Notes: a model not told the origin generated them from the sequence alone. Shown: positions 49,426 to 59,623, numbered from the stretch's first letter. The stretch: DNA of 64,000 nucleotides from Oscillatoriales cyanobacterium M59_W2019_021 (GCA_015295945.1 DVED01000179.1:1272-65271); one strand, 5' to 3'. Numbers and translations are program-made.

Positions 49426-50990
49426 ACGATCGATCTGTTACCCCAATTTGGCTCAAGCGAACGGTGATTGTTTTAATCGTCTTGGGAATCTTTTTTCGAT
49501 TCTACAATCTTGATCGAAAGGTGTACTGGAACGACGAAGCGATGACGTCTTTGCGGATTTCCGGTCACACCTCAGCGGAACTGATGCAGGAGGTTTACAA
49601 TCGGGGAACGATCGATGTTGCTGAGCTACTGGCTAACTATCAATATCCCAATTCCAATCGATCGCTTCAAGACTCGATCGATGCTTTCGCACAACATCCA
49701 GAACATTCCCCATTATACTACTTAATGGCGAGATTTTGGGTGCAATTTTGGGGAAGTTCGATCGCCATTTTGCGGAGTCTTTCGGCGTGGATGAGTTTAC
49801 TAGTTTTTCCCTGTATGTACTGGTTGTGTCGAGAACTTTTGCCTTCACCCACTTTCGCTTGGATGGCAACAGGAATCGTCGCGATTTCTCCCTTTCACGT
49901 TCTTTACGCACAAGAAGCGAGAGAATACAGTTTGTGGACGGTGACGATTTTGCTATCGAGTGCGGCTTTGTTGAAAGCCATTCGAGCGAGCGAAAAGTCT
50001 ATTTTATCTAAATCCTCGATCGCCAATTGGGGACTGTACGGCATTACAGTTGGATTGGGGTTATACGCTTATCCCTTTTCCGGATTGGTTTCGATATCCC
50101 ACGGACTTTATCTGGCACTGCTGCCAACAGCTCAAAAAATCCAGAAACTGCTGGCTTACGGTTTTGCTTTCCTACTGGGATTGCTCCTCTTTTTCCCTTG
50201 GTTGTGGATTGTGATTCAAAATTTCAATAACTTTATTAACCACACCATTTCGCGCACCAATCCCAGCGAAAATATCCATTTAGTGTGGGGATTGAATCTC
50301 AATCGCATTTTCTTCGATGTCAATCAAGGTTCGAGTCCGCTCAATCCTTTACTTTATGTCACCCTATTTCTAGCGGTATACGGTACGTGGCTGTTGTGTC
50401 GCACGACGCCGCCGAAAATATGGCTGTTCGTCCTCACCTTAATGGGTATTACCGGACTCATTTTGATAGCGCCAGATATAATATTAGGCGGACGACGATC
50501 AAACAATTTGCGCTATGCGATTCCTTGCGTTTTGGGAATTCAACTCGCCGTTTCCTATCTCTTTTATTTAAAGCTGAAAATCGATCAAAAGCGCCTTAGA
50601 AATCGCTGGAAATACGGACTTTTAGCGCTTTGGTTTGTTGGCATCGTTTCCTGTGGTGTCAGTTCCCAAGTGGAAGTATGGTGGAATAAAAGCTATCCTC
50701 AAAGTCGCTACAATCCCGCGATCGCCCGTATGTTAAATGAGATCGATCGCCCTTTAGTCATTAGCGATGAAGTTCCTGGCAGAATCCTTTCTTTAAGCCA
50801 CTTACTCAACCCCGAAACCGAATGGCAATTAGTGGCGGGTTCCCACGTTCCCAGCCTACCGCGCGATCGCGCCGTCTTTTTATATCGTCCTTCCGATGGA
50901 TTACAACAGCGCATTCAAAATGCTAATCTCGTCACCATCGAGTTAGCTTACGAAAAAGGATGGTTGTGGCGGATACGATCGATTTCTTGA
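49422..50990 (+). CDS. glycosyltransferase family 39-like (ArnT/PMT-type) membrane protein
   Basis: YWNDEAMTSLRISG, SPLYYLMARFW, AREYSLW and many TM helices, resembling cyanobacterial GT39 annotations. Confidence 0.7.
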   Translation: MNDRSVTPIWLKRTVIVLIVLGIFFRFYNLDRKVYWNDEAMTSLRISGHTSAELMQEVYNRGTIDVAELLANYQYPNSNRSLQDSIDAFAQHPEHSPLYYLMARFWVQFWGSSIAILRSLSAWMSLLVFPCMYWLCRELLPSPTFAWMATGIVAISPFHVLYAQEAREYSLWTVTILLSSAALLKAIRASEKSILSKSSIANWGLYGITVGLGLYAYPFSGLVSISHGLYLALLPTAQKIQKLLAYGFAFLLGLLLFFPWLWIVIQNFNNFINHTISRTNPSENIHLVWGLNLNRIFFDVNQGSSPLNPLLYVTLFLAVYGTWLLCRTTPPKIWLFVLTLMGITGLILIAPDIILGGRRSNNLRYAIPCVLGIQLAVSYLFYLKLKIDQKRLRNRWKYGLLALWFVGIVSCGVSSQVEVWWNKSYPQSRYNPAIARMLNEIDRPLVISDEVPGRILSLSHLLNPETEWQLVAGSHVPSLPRDRAVFLYRPSDGLQQRIQNANLVTIELAYEKGWLWRIRSIS

Positions 50991-51124
50991 CTTGTCATAA
51001 ATTTTTGAAAAGAGGGTAGCGAAATTCTTGGAGTTCGTAGTATGTTTATTGGCATGGGTCGATCTGGGTGATTTCTGTCACCCCTACTGTCGATCTGTGT
51101 CAGACAGCAGTCGAGGAACTCGCG

Positions 51125-51628
51125 ATGGTGAACCTTAGTTCGCTTGCCCCGAAAACGACAGTCGATCGAACGCCGATGCCTTCTGCCGTGCGCAATTCCC
51201 TACAGGAGATCGCGCGCAGCATCGAATGGTCGGAGGGGGAGTTTTCGCTGATTTTGGCACACTGCAATTCCTATTACCTCCGGGAAAAAGCCGTTCGCGA
51301 ACTGAGACAACTCTGTCACGTCCCGATTCGGGAAATCGTGCTGAATCGATCGGTCGAGTTTCTCTATGCCACCCTGCAAGAAGAAGTGAAGCGCAAACCC
51401 ACCCAAGCGGTGGAAATTCGGGGGTTCGAGGCAGTTCCGGAACTCGATCGCCTGTTGATGATGACCAACTTCGTATTTGGCGAGTTTTACCAAAATTTTC
51501 ACTTTCCCTTAGTCTGGTGGGTGGATGACGCCACCGTTCGCAAGTTGATTCGACTGGCGCCGGATCTCTACAGCCGCACGACGATCATTGAATTGACCGC
51601 CAATCGCGAATCTGCTGCCGTGGCTTAA
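51125..51628 (+). CDS. hypothetical protein resembling the N-terminal module of large cyanobacterial CHAT/TPR/NTPase proteins
   Basis: EGEFSLILAHCNSYYLREKAVRELRQLCHVPIREIVLNRSVEFLYATLQ pattern. Start is uncertain (GTG 51068 or ATG 51125). Confidence 0.45.
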   Translation: MVNLSSLAPKTTVDRTPMPSAVRNSLQEIARSIEWSEGEFSLILAHCNSYYLREKAVRELRQLCHVPIREIVLNRSVEFLYATLQEEVKRKPTQAVEIRGFEAVPELDRLLMMTNFVFGEFYQNFHFPLVWWVDDATVRKLIRLAPDLYSRTTIIELTANRESAAVA

Positions 51629-51642
51629 CGGGTCAACAGTTT

Positions 51643-51671
51643 GTAGGGTGTATTGAGGAACGAAACGCACC
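51643..51671 (+). repeat. copy C of the dispersed ~29-nt repeat
   Basis: GTAGGGTGTATTGAGGAACGAAACGCACC, between convergent gene ends (51628 and 51690). Confidence 0.6.
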
Positions 51672-51689
51672 ATTGGTGGCTTTGAATTT

Positions 51690-53852
51690 TTAATTCACCG
51701 TTCGTTCCGCTAAAACCCGACGCACGGCGGCTTCTGCATTGACCAATCCGCTGCCGAAAAAGTATTGTTGTGGGGTGACTTTACCCGAAGGACGATCGGC
51801 GGCATCTTCGGGGGAGACTTCTAGTCCGTCGTAGCTTGCCGTTTCCTTGAGAATGGCGATCGCCCGATCGCGACTAAGTTGGGGATCGACGCCTTTCATT
51901 AAGGCTACCACTCCCGACACCGCTGGAGCGGAAAACGACGTTCCCTGCACGCTGACGTATTCGCCTCTGGGATCGATACCGAATCCCCACGGATCGCTCG
52001 GTGGCGATATATTCTCCCAAAAAACCTGCGTCGTTCCCCCCGTCGTCAGAATTCCCCCCGCCGTAGAAACCGAGGTATCGCCGCCGGGTGCAACCACATC
52101 CAACCCTTCGCCGTAGTTGCTGTAGGGCGCTCGCTGCCCCTCTAAGGTGGTAGCGCCAACGGCGATGACTTCCGGGGCGATCGCCGGAAACATGGCGGTA
52201 TTGAGGTCGGCATTGCCCGCAGATGCCACGAATACGATATCGGGATTGTTGGCGGTAATTTCGGCGATCGCATCGGCAGTTTCTGCATCCGGCAGCAAGC
52301 GTCCCAAACTGAGATTGATCGCATCCGCATCCCGTGCCGCCGCATAACCGATCGCCTCGACAATGGCGGAAGATGTCACCGCACCGCCGACGCCAAATAC
52401 CCGCACGGGGAGAATTTTAGCATTGGGCGCCACGCCAAGAACCCCGTCCCCCTCCTGGGAATTAGCGGCAACCACTCCCGCTACCCAAGTGCCGTGAAAC
52501 TCCGCCGCCGTCTCGATTTGCAAGTTATCCCGCAACTGTTGGGCGATATCCGATCTCGATAACCCCGGTTCGCTGTTCTGGATATCCCGTGCATCTCGCT
52601 TGTAAATTTTCAGCAGGCGATCGTCGTCGAGGTTAAACGTATTGCGAAAATGGGGCAGCAGCATCCCCAACTCGACAGCACTGATGCGGGTATCGCCGTC
52701 ATTTTGAGCAAAATCCCAACCGCTGGTTTCTCCCGGCAGCAAATCCGGTCGATCGCCCACATCATACAATCTTTGGGCTAAATCGGGGTTATCCCACTGA
52801 ATCAAACTATCGATCACAGCAACCACAACTCCCTCGCCACCGTTACTCAGTTCCCACGCCTCTTTCGCCCGAATATCGGTGCGGGGTAAAGCTTCCCCCC
52901 GTTGCGGGGTGCTGTCGAGATGCCACTGTTGGGGGAGGAGTTGGGCGGTGAAGGTAGCGGCGATGGGGTTTGGGGGTTGGGGGTTGGGGGTTTGTAGGGA
53001 CGCAGGCACACTCGATCGCTTCACATTGGGTGAAAAATTTGTAGCTGAAACCGATAATCTCTTGCCCCAATGTTTCACCTTTTCAACGAGGTTGGGGGTA
53101 GCTAAAACCGATAAGTTATCGTGCCCATGCTTTGTTCCTACAAACCCCAAATCCCGAACTCCGAACCCCAAACCTTGGCGAATGGGGGTCGATTGGATGA
53201 AATTCGGAGTTGCCGATCGAATGCCGGGAACGTCGTTGAGGCGATCGGCGACTTGGAGAATGGCGAGTCCGGTAGCCGATCGATCGCGGACGATCGCCCG
53301 ATCTTGGGTAAAACGGAGCGATCGCACCCGTTCGAGATTCTCACTTGCCAGAATTTCTGCCTGTCGTTCCTCGCTGAGTCCCGCTTCAAAACTAACGACG
53401 ATTTCGTTCGGCAAGAGGATTTCCGCCTGGGGATCGTCGGCAAGGGTGAGGACGGGTAAGGTGCTTTCGACGTAAGATTGTTGCCGGATCAGTTGGCTGA
53501 CTTCTTCGACCGTATCGCCATCGTCGAGAGCGATCGCCGCGTAGTTGTCCCCTAATGGTTGCACTTCGATCGCCCGATCGATCCCCCGCGTTTCCCCGCT
53601 TTGCATTAAGGCGCGTTGCAACATTAAATAGGGGGGAATCGAGCGACTGCCACCGCCTTCTGTGGCTTTGAAGGCAACGCCGATGGTATTTTCCCGAACT
53701 TCTAGGGGAATTTGGCGATCGTAAAAGCGATAAAATAGCTCGTCGGTGGGCGCGGTTTGGGCGACGGCAGCGTCAGAGAGGGACAGTTTGGGGGTGCTGG
53801 CAGCCAACCAAAGGGAACTGGCGAGACAAAAAAGGGAGATCGAACGTTTCAT
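51690..53852 (-). CDS. secreted S8-family (subtilisin-like) serine peptidase
   Basis: Signal peptide; Asp region VAVIDSL, His region HGTWVAGVVAA, Ser region GTSFSAPAVSG. Confidence 0.9.
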   Translation of the reverse strand: MKRSISLFCLASSLWLAASTPKLSLSDAAVAQTAPTDELFYRFYDRQIPLEVRENTIGVAFKATEGGGSRSIPPYLMLQRALMQSGETRGIDRAIEVQPLGDNYAAIALDDGDTVEEVSQLIRQQSYVESTLPVLTLADDPQAEILLPNEIVVSFEAGLSEERQAEILASENLERVRSLRFTQDRAIVRDRSATGLAILQVADRLNDVPGIRSATPNFIQSTPIRQGLGFGVRDLGFVGTKHGHDNLSVLATPNLVEKVKHWGKRLSVSATNFSPNVKRSSVPASLQTPNPQPPNPIAATFTAQLLPQQWHLDSTPQRGEALPRTDIRAKEAWELSNGGEGVVVAVIDSLIQWDNPDLAQRLYDVGDRPDLLPGETSGWDFAQNDGDTRISAVELGMLLPHFRNTFNLDDDRLLKIYKRDARDIQNSEPGLSRSDIAQQLRDNLQIETAAEFHGTWVAGVVAANSQEGDGVLGVAPNAKILPVRVFGVGGAVTSSAIVEAIGYAAARDADAINLSLGRLLPDAETADAIAEITANNPDIVFVASAGNADLNTAMFPAIAPEVIAVGATTLEGQRAPYSNYGEGLDVVAPGGDTSVSTAGGILTTGGTTQVFWENISPPSDPWGFGIDPRGEYVSVQGTSFSAPAVSGVVALMKGVDPQLSRDRAIAILKETASYDGLEVSPEDAADRPSGKVTPQQYFFGSGLVNAEAAVRRVLAERTVN

Positions 53853-54002
53853 AGGTGCAAGCGGGAGATCGTGACCTGGAGGACGGCAATTGAGAGTTAC
53901 TGAAAGTCTAGATTGACTTTAACGGGCGATCGCTTGTTTCGACACGCTCATTACGATTTTTGAAACAGAGTGTCTCGAGATCCTCAACCTTGCCAACAAC
54001 TT

Positions 54003-54330
54003 TAATCCATTGCCAATTAAAATAAAAGACGCCCAGTAATACGGATGCGATCGACTCCCAGTCGCTTGACGCAGCAAACGATCGAGAATGAGGGCGATCG
54101 CAATTCCCCGATTTCCTACCACGGCGGTATACTCTCCGGTAATTAAGGCAATTTGCGCCTGTTGCAAGGCTTCGGCTTTGGTCATTCCGCTTTGCAATCC
54201 GCGATAGAACCCGTTCATCAACACTTGGGTTCCCCCATCGTTCATCGCCCACCATCAGGCGATCTCCGCTTTGGCTCCCGCCCGTTGCATCTGGTATCCT
54301 AACCCCAGAATCTCCTGGAGTAATTTAGTT
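54003..54330 (-). pseudogene. C-terminal relic (~108 codons) of a CHAT-domain gene
   Basis: Hand translation gives KLLQEILGLGYQMQRAGAKAEIA*WWAMNDGGTQVLMNGFYRGLQSGMTKAEALQQAQIALI...HPYYWASFILIGNGL. It contains an internal TGA and has lost the normal stop. It starts 5 nt after the ABC-F stop codon. Confidence 0.7.
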
Positions 54331-54335
54331 TGTTC

Positions 54336-56258
54336 CTAATTCACCCGTTCCGCCAATTCCAACCACCGTTCCGTTGCCCGCTCGATCGCCTGAGTTAGTT
54401 CTCCCAAGCGTTCGGTCAGTTTCTGCATTTCGGTATATTTTCCCGATGTATTGCTATACAGTTGTTTCTCGATTTCTTCCTTTTCAGCTTCCATTGCGGG
54501 AATTTTCAGTTCTAATTCTTCGTATTCTCGTTTTTCCTTAAACGATAGCTTTTTGGGTTTATCGGATTGAGAGTCAGAATTTCGAGATTTAGATTTCTCA
54601 GATTTAGCGGGAGAAGCTTCTTTAGTTTCCCGTTTTTTCTCATCAACTTCTTCAGCTTGTTTATAGTCTAAATAGACGGAATAGTTTCCAGGATATTCGC
54701 GGATATTGCCGCCAGGTTCGATCGCGAAAATTTTATCCACCGTGCGATCGAGAAAATAGCGATCGTGCGAAACCACAATAACACACCCGTTAAAATCTTC
54801 TAAATACTCTTCTAACACGGCTAACGTTTGCACATCCAAATCGTTGGTGGGTTCATCTAGAATCAAAACATTCGGCGCACCCATCAAAACTTGCAACAAA
54901 AATAGCCGTCGTTTTTCCCCACCGGATAATTTATGAATGGGTGCGTATTGTTGGCTGGGAGGAAAGAGAAACCGCTCCAACATTTGAGAGGCAGTAATCA
55001 CGCTGCCATCGGAAGTTTGTACCAACTCGGCAATGCTTTTCAAATAGTCGATAACTCGTTGATTTTCGTTGAGAGAAATATCTTCGGAGTGTTGGTCGAA
55101 ATAGCCGATGTGGATGGTTTCGCCTATTTCGATCGACCCCGAATCCGGTTGCACACGTCCGATAATCATCTCCATTAAGGTAGATTTTCCCGCACCGTTA
55201 CTGCCGATAATTCCGACTCGATCTTCAGGGTTAAAAAAGTAGGTAAACTCTTTAATTAAAGTGCGATCTCCATAAGCTTTACTCAAGTTTTCGATTTCAA
55301 TGACTTTCTTACCAATGCGGCGACCGACTGTGGAAATATCGACTTTTCCTTTGGCTTGTTTAAATTCTTGCGCCTGCATATCTCGGATACGATCGATCCG
55401 CGCTTTTTGCTTCGTACTGCGAGCTTTTGGACCCCGTTTGAGCCATTCCAATTCCCGTCGGAGTACCCCAGCGTGTTTGCGTTGACTACTGAGTTCCGAT
55501 TCTTCAGCTTCGGCTTTTTTGACTAAATAATACGCATAATTTCCGGAATAATTATACAGATTTCCGCGATCGATCTCCAGAATGCGATTCGTCACTTTAT
55601 CCAGAAAATAGCGATCGTGGGTAATCAGCAACAGCGCCCCTCGAAACCGATTTAAATAACCTTGCAACCACTCTACCGACAGCGCATCTAGATGGTTGGT
55701 CGGTTCGTCCATTAGCAACACATCTGGGTCGGACAATAGCGCCGTTGCCAAGGCAATTCGCTTGCGATAACCGCCGGATAAATTGCCAATTTTGGCGTTG
55801 AAATCTTCGATTCCTAACTTGCTTAGAATTACTTTGGCATTGGTTTCCAATTCCCACGCACCCGCCATCTCCATGCGTTGAGAAATGCTGGAAAACTGCG
55901 CCATTAACTTATTAGTATCCCCACGTCCGCGTGCCAGTTTATCCGATAATTCCTCATATTCGCGCACCAAGGCTATTTGTTCGCCACTGTCGGCAAACAC
56001 TTGCTCCAAAACCGTGCGACTTTCATCCAAATCCGGTTGTTGGGGAAGGTAGACAATGTTGGCACTAGAATTGACCCAAAGTTCGCCTCCATCGATCGGT
56101 TCGAGTCCGGCAATCATTTTGAGTAACGTCGATTTTCCCGAACCATTAGTGCCGATGAGTCCGACTTTATCGCCTTCTTCGATACTAAAGCTGGCATCTT
56201 TGAGAAGTTCTTTAATGCCGAAGTCTTTTTGGATCGATCGTAGGGTAAAAAGAGCCAT
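54336..56258 (-). CDS. ABC-F family ATPase (Uup/EttA-like)
   Basis: Two ABC cassettes (GTNGSGKST/LSGGYRKR and GSNGAGKST/LSGGEKRR), no TM domain, C-terminal coiled coil. ATG at 56258 (MALFTLRSI). Confidence 0.9.
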   Translation of the reverse strand: MALFTLRSIQKDFGIKELLKDASFSIEEGDKVGLIGTNGSGKSTLLKMIAGLEPIDGGELWVNSSANIVYLPQQPDLDESRTVLEQVFADSGEQIALVREYEELSDKLARGRGDTNKLMAQFSSISQRMEMAGAWELETNAKVILSKLGIEDFNAKIGNLSGGYRKRIALATALLSDPDVLLMDEPTNHLDALSVEWLQGYLNRFRGALLLITHDRYFLDKVTNRILEIDRGNLYNYSGNYAYYLVKKAEAEESELSSQRKHAGVLRRELEWLKRGPKARSTKQKARIDRIRDMQAQEFKQAKGKVDISTVGRRIGKKVIEIENLSKAYGDRTLIKEFTYFFNPEDRVGIIGSNGAGKSTLMEMIIGRVQPDSGSIEIGETIHIGYFDQHSEDISLNENQRVIDYLKSIAELVQTSDGSVITASQMLERFLFPPSQQYAPIHKLSGGEKRRLFLLQVLMGAPNVLILDEPTNDLDVQTLAVLEEYLEDFNGCVIVVSHDRYFLDRTVDKIFAIEPGGNIREYPGNYSVYLDYKQAEEVDEKKRETKEASPAKSEKSKSRNSDSQSDKPKKLSFKEKREYEELELKIPAMEAEKEEIEKQLYSNTSGKYTEMQKLTERLGELTQAIERATERWLELAERVN

Positions 56259-56434
56259 ATTTTTTGAAGGCAGAAAGCAGTTTTTTAAGGCAAAGGACAG
56301 AAGAAAGAGAGATGTTTTGTCGCTGGCTTTTATCGTCAGAACCCCGCACACTTTATCCAAAAACTCTCACCCTATGGGACAAAGACATAGAGAGTTCGGA
56401 TTGACTGCCAATCTGGGATCGCTAATCTCTATCT

Positions 56435-56623
56435 TCAACGCAAACCCAACCAGGTAAAAATATCCTGACCTGTTAAAACTTCTTGTAAGAGCAACAGGAT
56501 AAATCCGACCATTGCGAAACGCCCGTTGATTTGTTCGGCGTAAGGCGTCCAACCAAAAGCGGGTTCGGGGCGTTCGAGGGTTTCGGTGTCGGGAGTGGGT
56601 GCGGGAATCGGTGTTTCAGTCAT
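56435..56623 (-). CDS. hli: high-light-inducible protein (HLIP, CAB/ELIP/HLIP family)
   Basis: [31 protein letters not shown]: single chlorophyll-binding helix motif. Confidence 0.85.
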   Translation of the reverse strand: MTETPIPAPTPDTETLERPEPAFGWTPYAEQINGRFAMVGFILLLLQEVLTGQDIFTWLGLR

Positions 56624-57609
56624 CAGGATTTCGGATTTCGATTTTGGGTTTCCAAACTGCGGACGGATTCGATGAGCGATCGCACTTCGGCAGTTCCTTG
56701 GGAAGCTTCAAATCCCAAAGGAAACTTGCCTCGGGCGAGCATTCGCAATCCCAAAGGCGCGAGGCTCAACAATCCTTGCAGATCTCGAAAATAGTTTCCC
56801 ACAACTTGCACGCCAAACTTGCGTTCGTCGATCCAACCGCCGTCTTTAACTAACTCGACGAGAACCTTGCGATGGCGGATGGGACGGCTGATTTGAGCAT
56901 TTTTTCGCTGGAGAATTTCGCCTTTAATTTCGCTAATGCGATCAAGGGGGGCAACCTCCATCGGACAAACAGAGTTACAGTAATAGCAGCGCGTGCAGCC
57001 CCAAACGCCGCGAGTGCCAGTATTATACTCTTCCAATCGCGACTCGGTGCGATCGTCCCGAGAATCGACCACCATTCGCTGTGCCTTGGCTAAAGCATGG
57101 GGCCCGACAAAATCGGGATTGACTTCGGCAGCGTTGCATTCCGAGTAACACGCCGCACACAGGATGCAGTTTCCCGCGCGATCGAGTTTTTGCCGTTCTT
57201 CAGGGGTTTGCAAGAATTCCCGTTCGGGAATCGACCTCGCACTGCTGCTGACGTAGGGTTCCACCGCTTCCAAATTGTCCCAAAAGCGGCGCATATCCAC
57301 CACTAAATCCTTGATAACGGGCAGATTTCCCAAGGGTGCAACGGTGATGGTATCATTCGTTGCCCGCTCGAGTTCGCTACCGATATTTTCTTTGCACGCC
57401 AGTGCCGAACGACCGTTTATCCGCATGGCACAGCTTCCGCAAATGGTGTTGCGGCAATTTTTGCGAAAAGCGAGAGCGCCATCTTGTTCCCACTTAATGC
57501 GGTTCAGGCAATTGAGAATCGTATCGCTTTTATCCGCTTCTACGGTGTAAGTTTGGAAGCGAGGCGGGGCGTTTCCGGTTTGGCGGAGGATTTGAAATTG
57601 AATTTCCAC
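56623..57609 (-). CDS. sdhB: succinate dehydrogenase/fumarate reductase iron-sulfur subunit
   Basis: Cys clusters [32 protein letters not shown] and [12 protein letters not shown]; long C-terminal extension. Confidence 0.85.
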   Translation of the reverse strand: MEIQFQILRQTGNAPPRFQTYTVEADKSDTILNCLNRIKWEQDGALAFRKNCRNTICGSCAMRINGRSALACKENIGSELERATNDTITVAPLGNLPVIKDLVVDMRRFWDNLEAVEPYVSSSARSIPEREFLQTPEERQKLDRAGNCILCAACYSECNAAEVNPDFVGPHALAKAQRMVVDSRDDRTESRLEEYNTGTRGVWGCTRCYYCNSVCPMEVAPLDRISEIKGEILQRKNAQISRPIRHRKVLVELVKDGGWIDERKFGVQVVGNYFRDLQGLLSLAPLGLRMLARGKFPLGFEASQGTAEVRSLIESVRSLETQNRNPKS

Positions 57610-57619
57610 GATCGCAAAC

Positions 57620-57685
57620 GATTGTATGCTGATTGTATGCTGGCAGAGGGCAGAGGGCAGAGGGCAGCAGGGGGAGCAGGGGGAG
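57620..57685. repeat. tandem 11-mer x2 followed by a GGCAGAG heptad array
   Basis: GATTGTATGCT x2 (57620-57641), then GGCAGAG x3, GGCAGCA, GGGGGAGCA, GGGGGAG. Confidence 0.7.
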
Positions 57686-57857
57686 AAAACAGTGACTCAT
57701 TACCAACGATCCATGACAAACCCCAAACAACTCACAACTAGCAATTCCTGACATTATTTTACCGCCGTCGAGGGCGATCGGGCGGTTTTGTCAGGTGGGC
57801 TTAAGCTTTCCCAGAATCCGTGGCATCCTTTTTGCAATTTCATAAGCTGACGTCTGA

Positions 57858-57885
57858 CAACTAATGGCTAACAGCTAAAGGCTAT
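57858..57885. repeat. heptad array NNGCTAA
   Basis: CAACTAA TGGCTAA CAGCTAA AGGCTAT. Overlaps the stop codon of the 57875-58750 gene. Confidence 0.5.
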
Positions 57886-58750
57886 CCCGCAACCCTTCCA
57901 ACTCTTCTAGCAGCGAAATCGTCGGATAGCCGATCGATCGTGCTAGGGAACTATCCATCGATACGTCGGGAGATCTCGGTGCTGCCATGGGGACATCGGC
58001 TTGTCGGCACGCTAGAATGCGATCGTCGGGAAATCCCCACACCGACGCCAACAGGCGACCGAAATCGTAGCGAGAAATGCGTTCTTTTCCCCCCAAATGC
58101 AGGAGGGTTTTTCCGCTTTCTAGCGCCAATAACAGCCCCTTGGCGGCGGTAGTTCCGCTGACGGGAGTTCGGAATTCATCGACGAACAGAGAGAGGGTTC
58201 CTCCCGCCTTCAAGGTATCGAGAAACGGTTGAATAAAGGTGGTAGCGGTGGGAGGAACGGCACCGAACATCAACGGCATCCGACAAATAATTGCACTGGG
58301 AAGGCGATCGTGAATTAACCGTTCTGCCTCCACTTTTTGTTCCCCGTAAATATTAATCGGACAAACCGGATCGGTTTCTCGATAGGGGGGGTTTAAGCCA
58401 TTGAAGACCAAATCGGTCGAGGTAAATACTAAGGGGATATTCGCCTCGGCACACAAATCTGCAATATAGCCCGAGGCGATGACATTGACCTCATAGGATT
58501 CTTCCGGATGGTTTTGGCAAAAATTGGGCTGGGAACAAGCTGCCGTGTGAACGACAGCATCGGGTCTTATAGCTTGAAAATAATTGCGGAGTTGTGAAAA
58601 ATCTCGGAGATTCACGCGATCGATCCGCACGTCATCAATGGCGATTTCCTGGGAAAAATACGTACCGCAAACCTGCCAATTCGATCGGGCTAATCGGCAT
58701 AAATTCCACCCTAAAAAACCGCTCGCTCCCGTGACTAACAGCTTTTTCAT
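57875..58750 (-). CDS. SDR-family NAD(P)-dependent sugar-nucleotide reductase/epimerase (RmlD-like)
   Basis: LVTGASGFLGWNL Rossmann motif; YGEQK catalytic YxxxK. Confidence 0.8.
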   Translation of the reverse strand: MKKLLVTGASGFLGWNLCRLARSNWQVCGTYFSQEIAIDDVRIDRVNLRDFSQLRNYFQAIRPDAVVHTAACSQPNFCQNHPEESYEVNVIASGYIADLCAEANIPLVFTSTDLVFNGLNPPYRETDPVCPINIYGEQKVEAERLIHDRLPSAIICRMPLMFGAVPPTATTFIQPFLDTLKAGGTLSLFVDEFRTPVSGTTAAKGLLLALESGKTLLHLGGKERISRYDFGRLLASVWGFPDDRILACRQADVPMAAPRSPDVSMDSSLARSIGYPTISLLEELEGLRDSL

Positions 58751-59301
58751 CGTCTCGATTCCTCAAAATAGGGTTGGGTTGGATGCCAACGGCAATCGCC
58801 GATCGAATCTATCTCTTACCCATTGAGATCGTCCGCCATTCAGGGCAATTTCTCAATCGTAAAGCTCGATAGACCGTTTTGCCTTAAAACTGCGATCTGA
58901 CACACCTTTGCCCAAGCCGCAAATCTCTCTCCGTGTCAGCCTCAATTCACCATTTGAATGCGTGACAGCTTACCCATTCAGGAATTGCGACGACTCGTTG
59001 TGAAAAGTATAGCAGTACGCCGATCGAAAGGGTTAAACTGAGGGGAGAGTCGCTCTCGACAAAATCCTCGATTGTATAGTACGTTAACAAAAATCAGACA
59101 ATTAACGTCGTCTGGCAACGCAGAGTACGGGGAAAACTCGCAAATCTATCTAAAGCTTTCCCAAAAATCGCCCGAAAATTTCAACGGCGTTGTAGCGGAT
59201 CTCTTAAATTTACAAACCCTTACAGTAACCCGAACGTTAGCTTCCTGTTTGAAAAATGAATTGATAAGATGCGGACAACCCCAAGTTGAGTGTTTTATAT
59301 T

Positions 59302-59568
59302 ATGAAAATGAACGAGCATCAACGAAACCTCCGTCAGGCGGCTGAAGAAGCCTTCAAAGAATCCCTGGAACGGTTGCAGCAATCGCTGCTGTTGTCTGAG
59401 GAAGAGGAGGAGGTCGTCGAGATCCCGAAACCAACCCCAGCGGTTACGGCTTGTCCCCAACCCCAGCCAGCTGCCCCGGACATTTCCCTGGACGAGTTAG
59501 AAGATGCCGTTAAAGATATCGAAGCCTTTTTATCCCATCACGATATAGCTCAAGGGAAGCTGTTGTAA
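59302..59568 (+). CDS. hypothetical acidic protein (88 aa)
   Basis: ATG at 59302 within the GTG-initiated ORF 59290-59568; no motif. Confidence 0.4.
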   Translation: MKMNEHQRNLRQAAEEAFKESLERLQQSLLLSEEEEEVVEIPKPTPAVTACPQPQPAAPDISLDELEDAVKDIEAFLSHHDIAQGKLL

Positions 59569-59623
59569 TTTAAGGCAGAAGGATAAGAGAGCAGGGGAGC
59601 TTTCTTGAGCAGGGGGAGCAAAG

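Noticed and set aside
50328-50338. GGTTCGAGTCC, a tRNA T-loop-like string
   Set aside because: The flanking bases cannot form a T-stem (CAAGG versus CCGCT). There is no acceptor or anticodon arm, and it lies inside a well-supported membrane-protein ORF.
53908-54255. 115-aa and 108-aa ORFs (53908-54255, 53919-54245) as real genes
   Set aside because: The 108-aa frame is the tail of a CHAT domain with a read-through past the normal GNWL stop. The other frame is its shadow.
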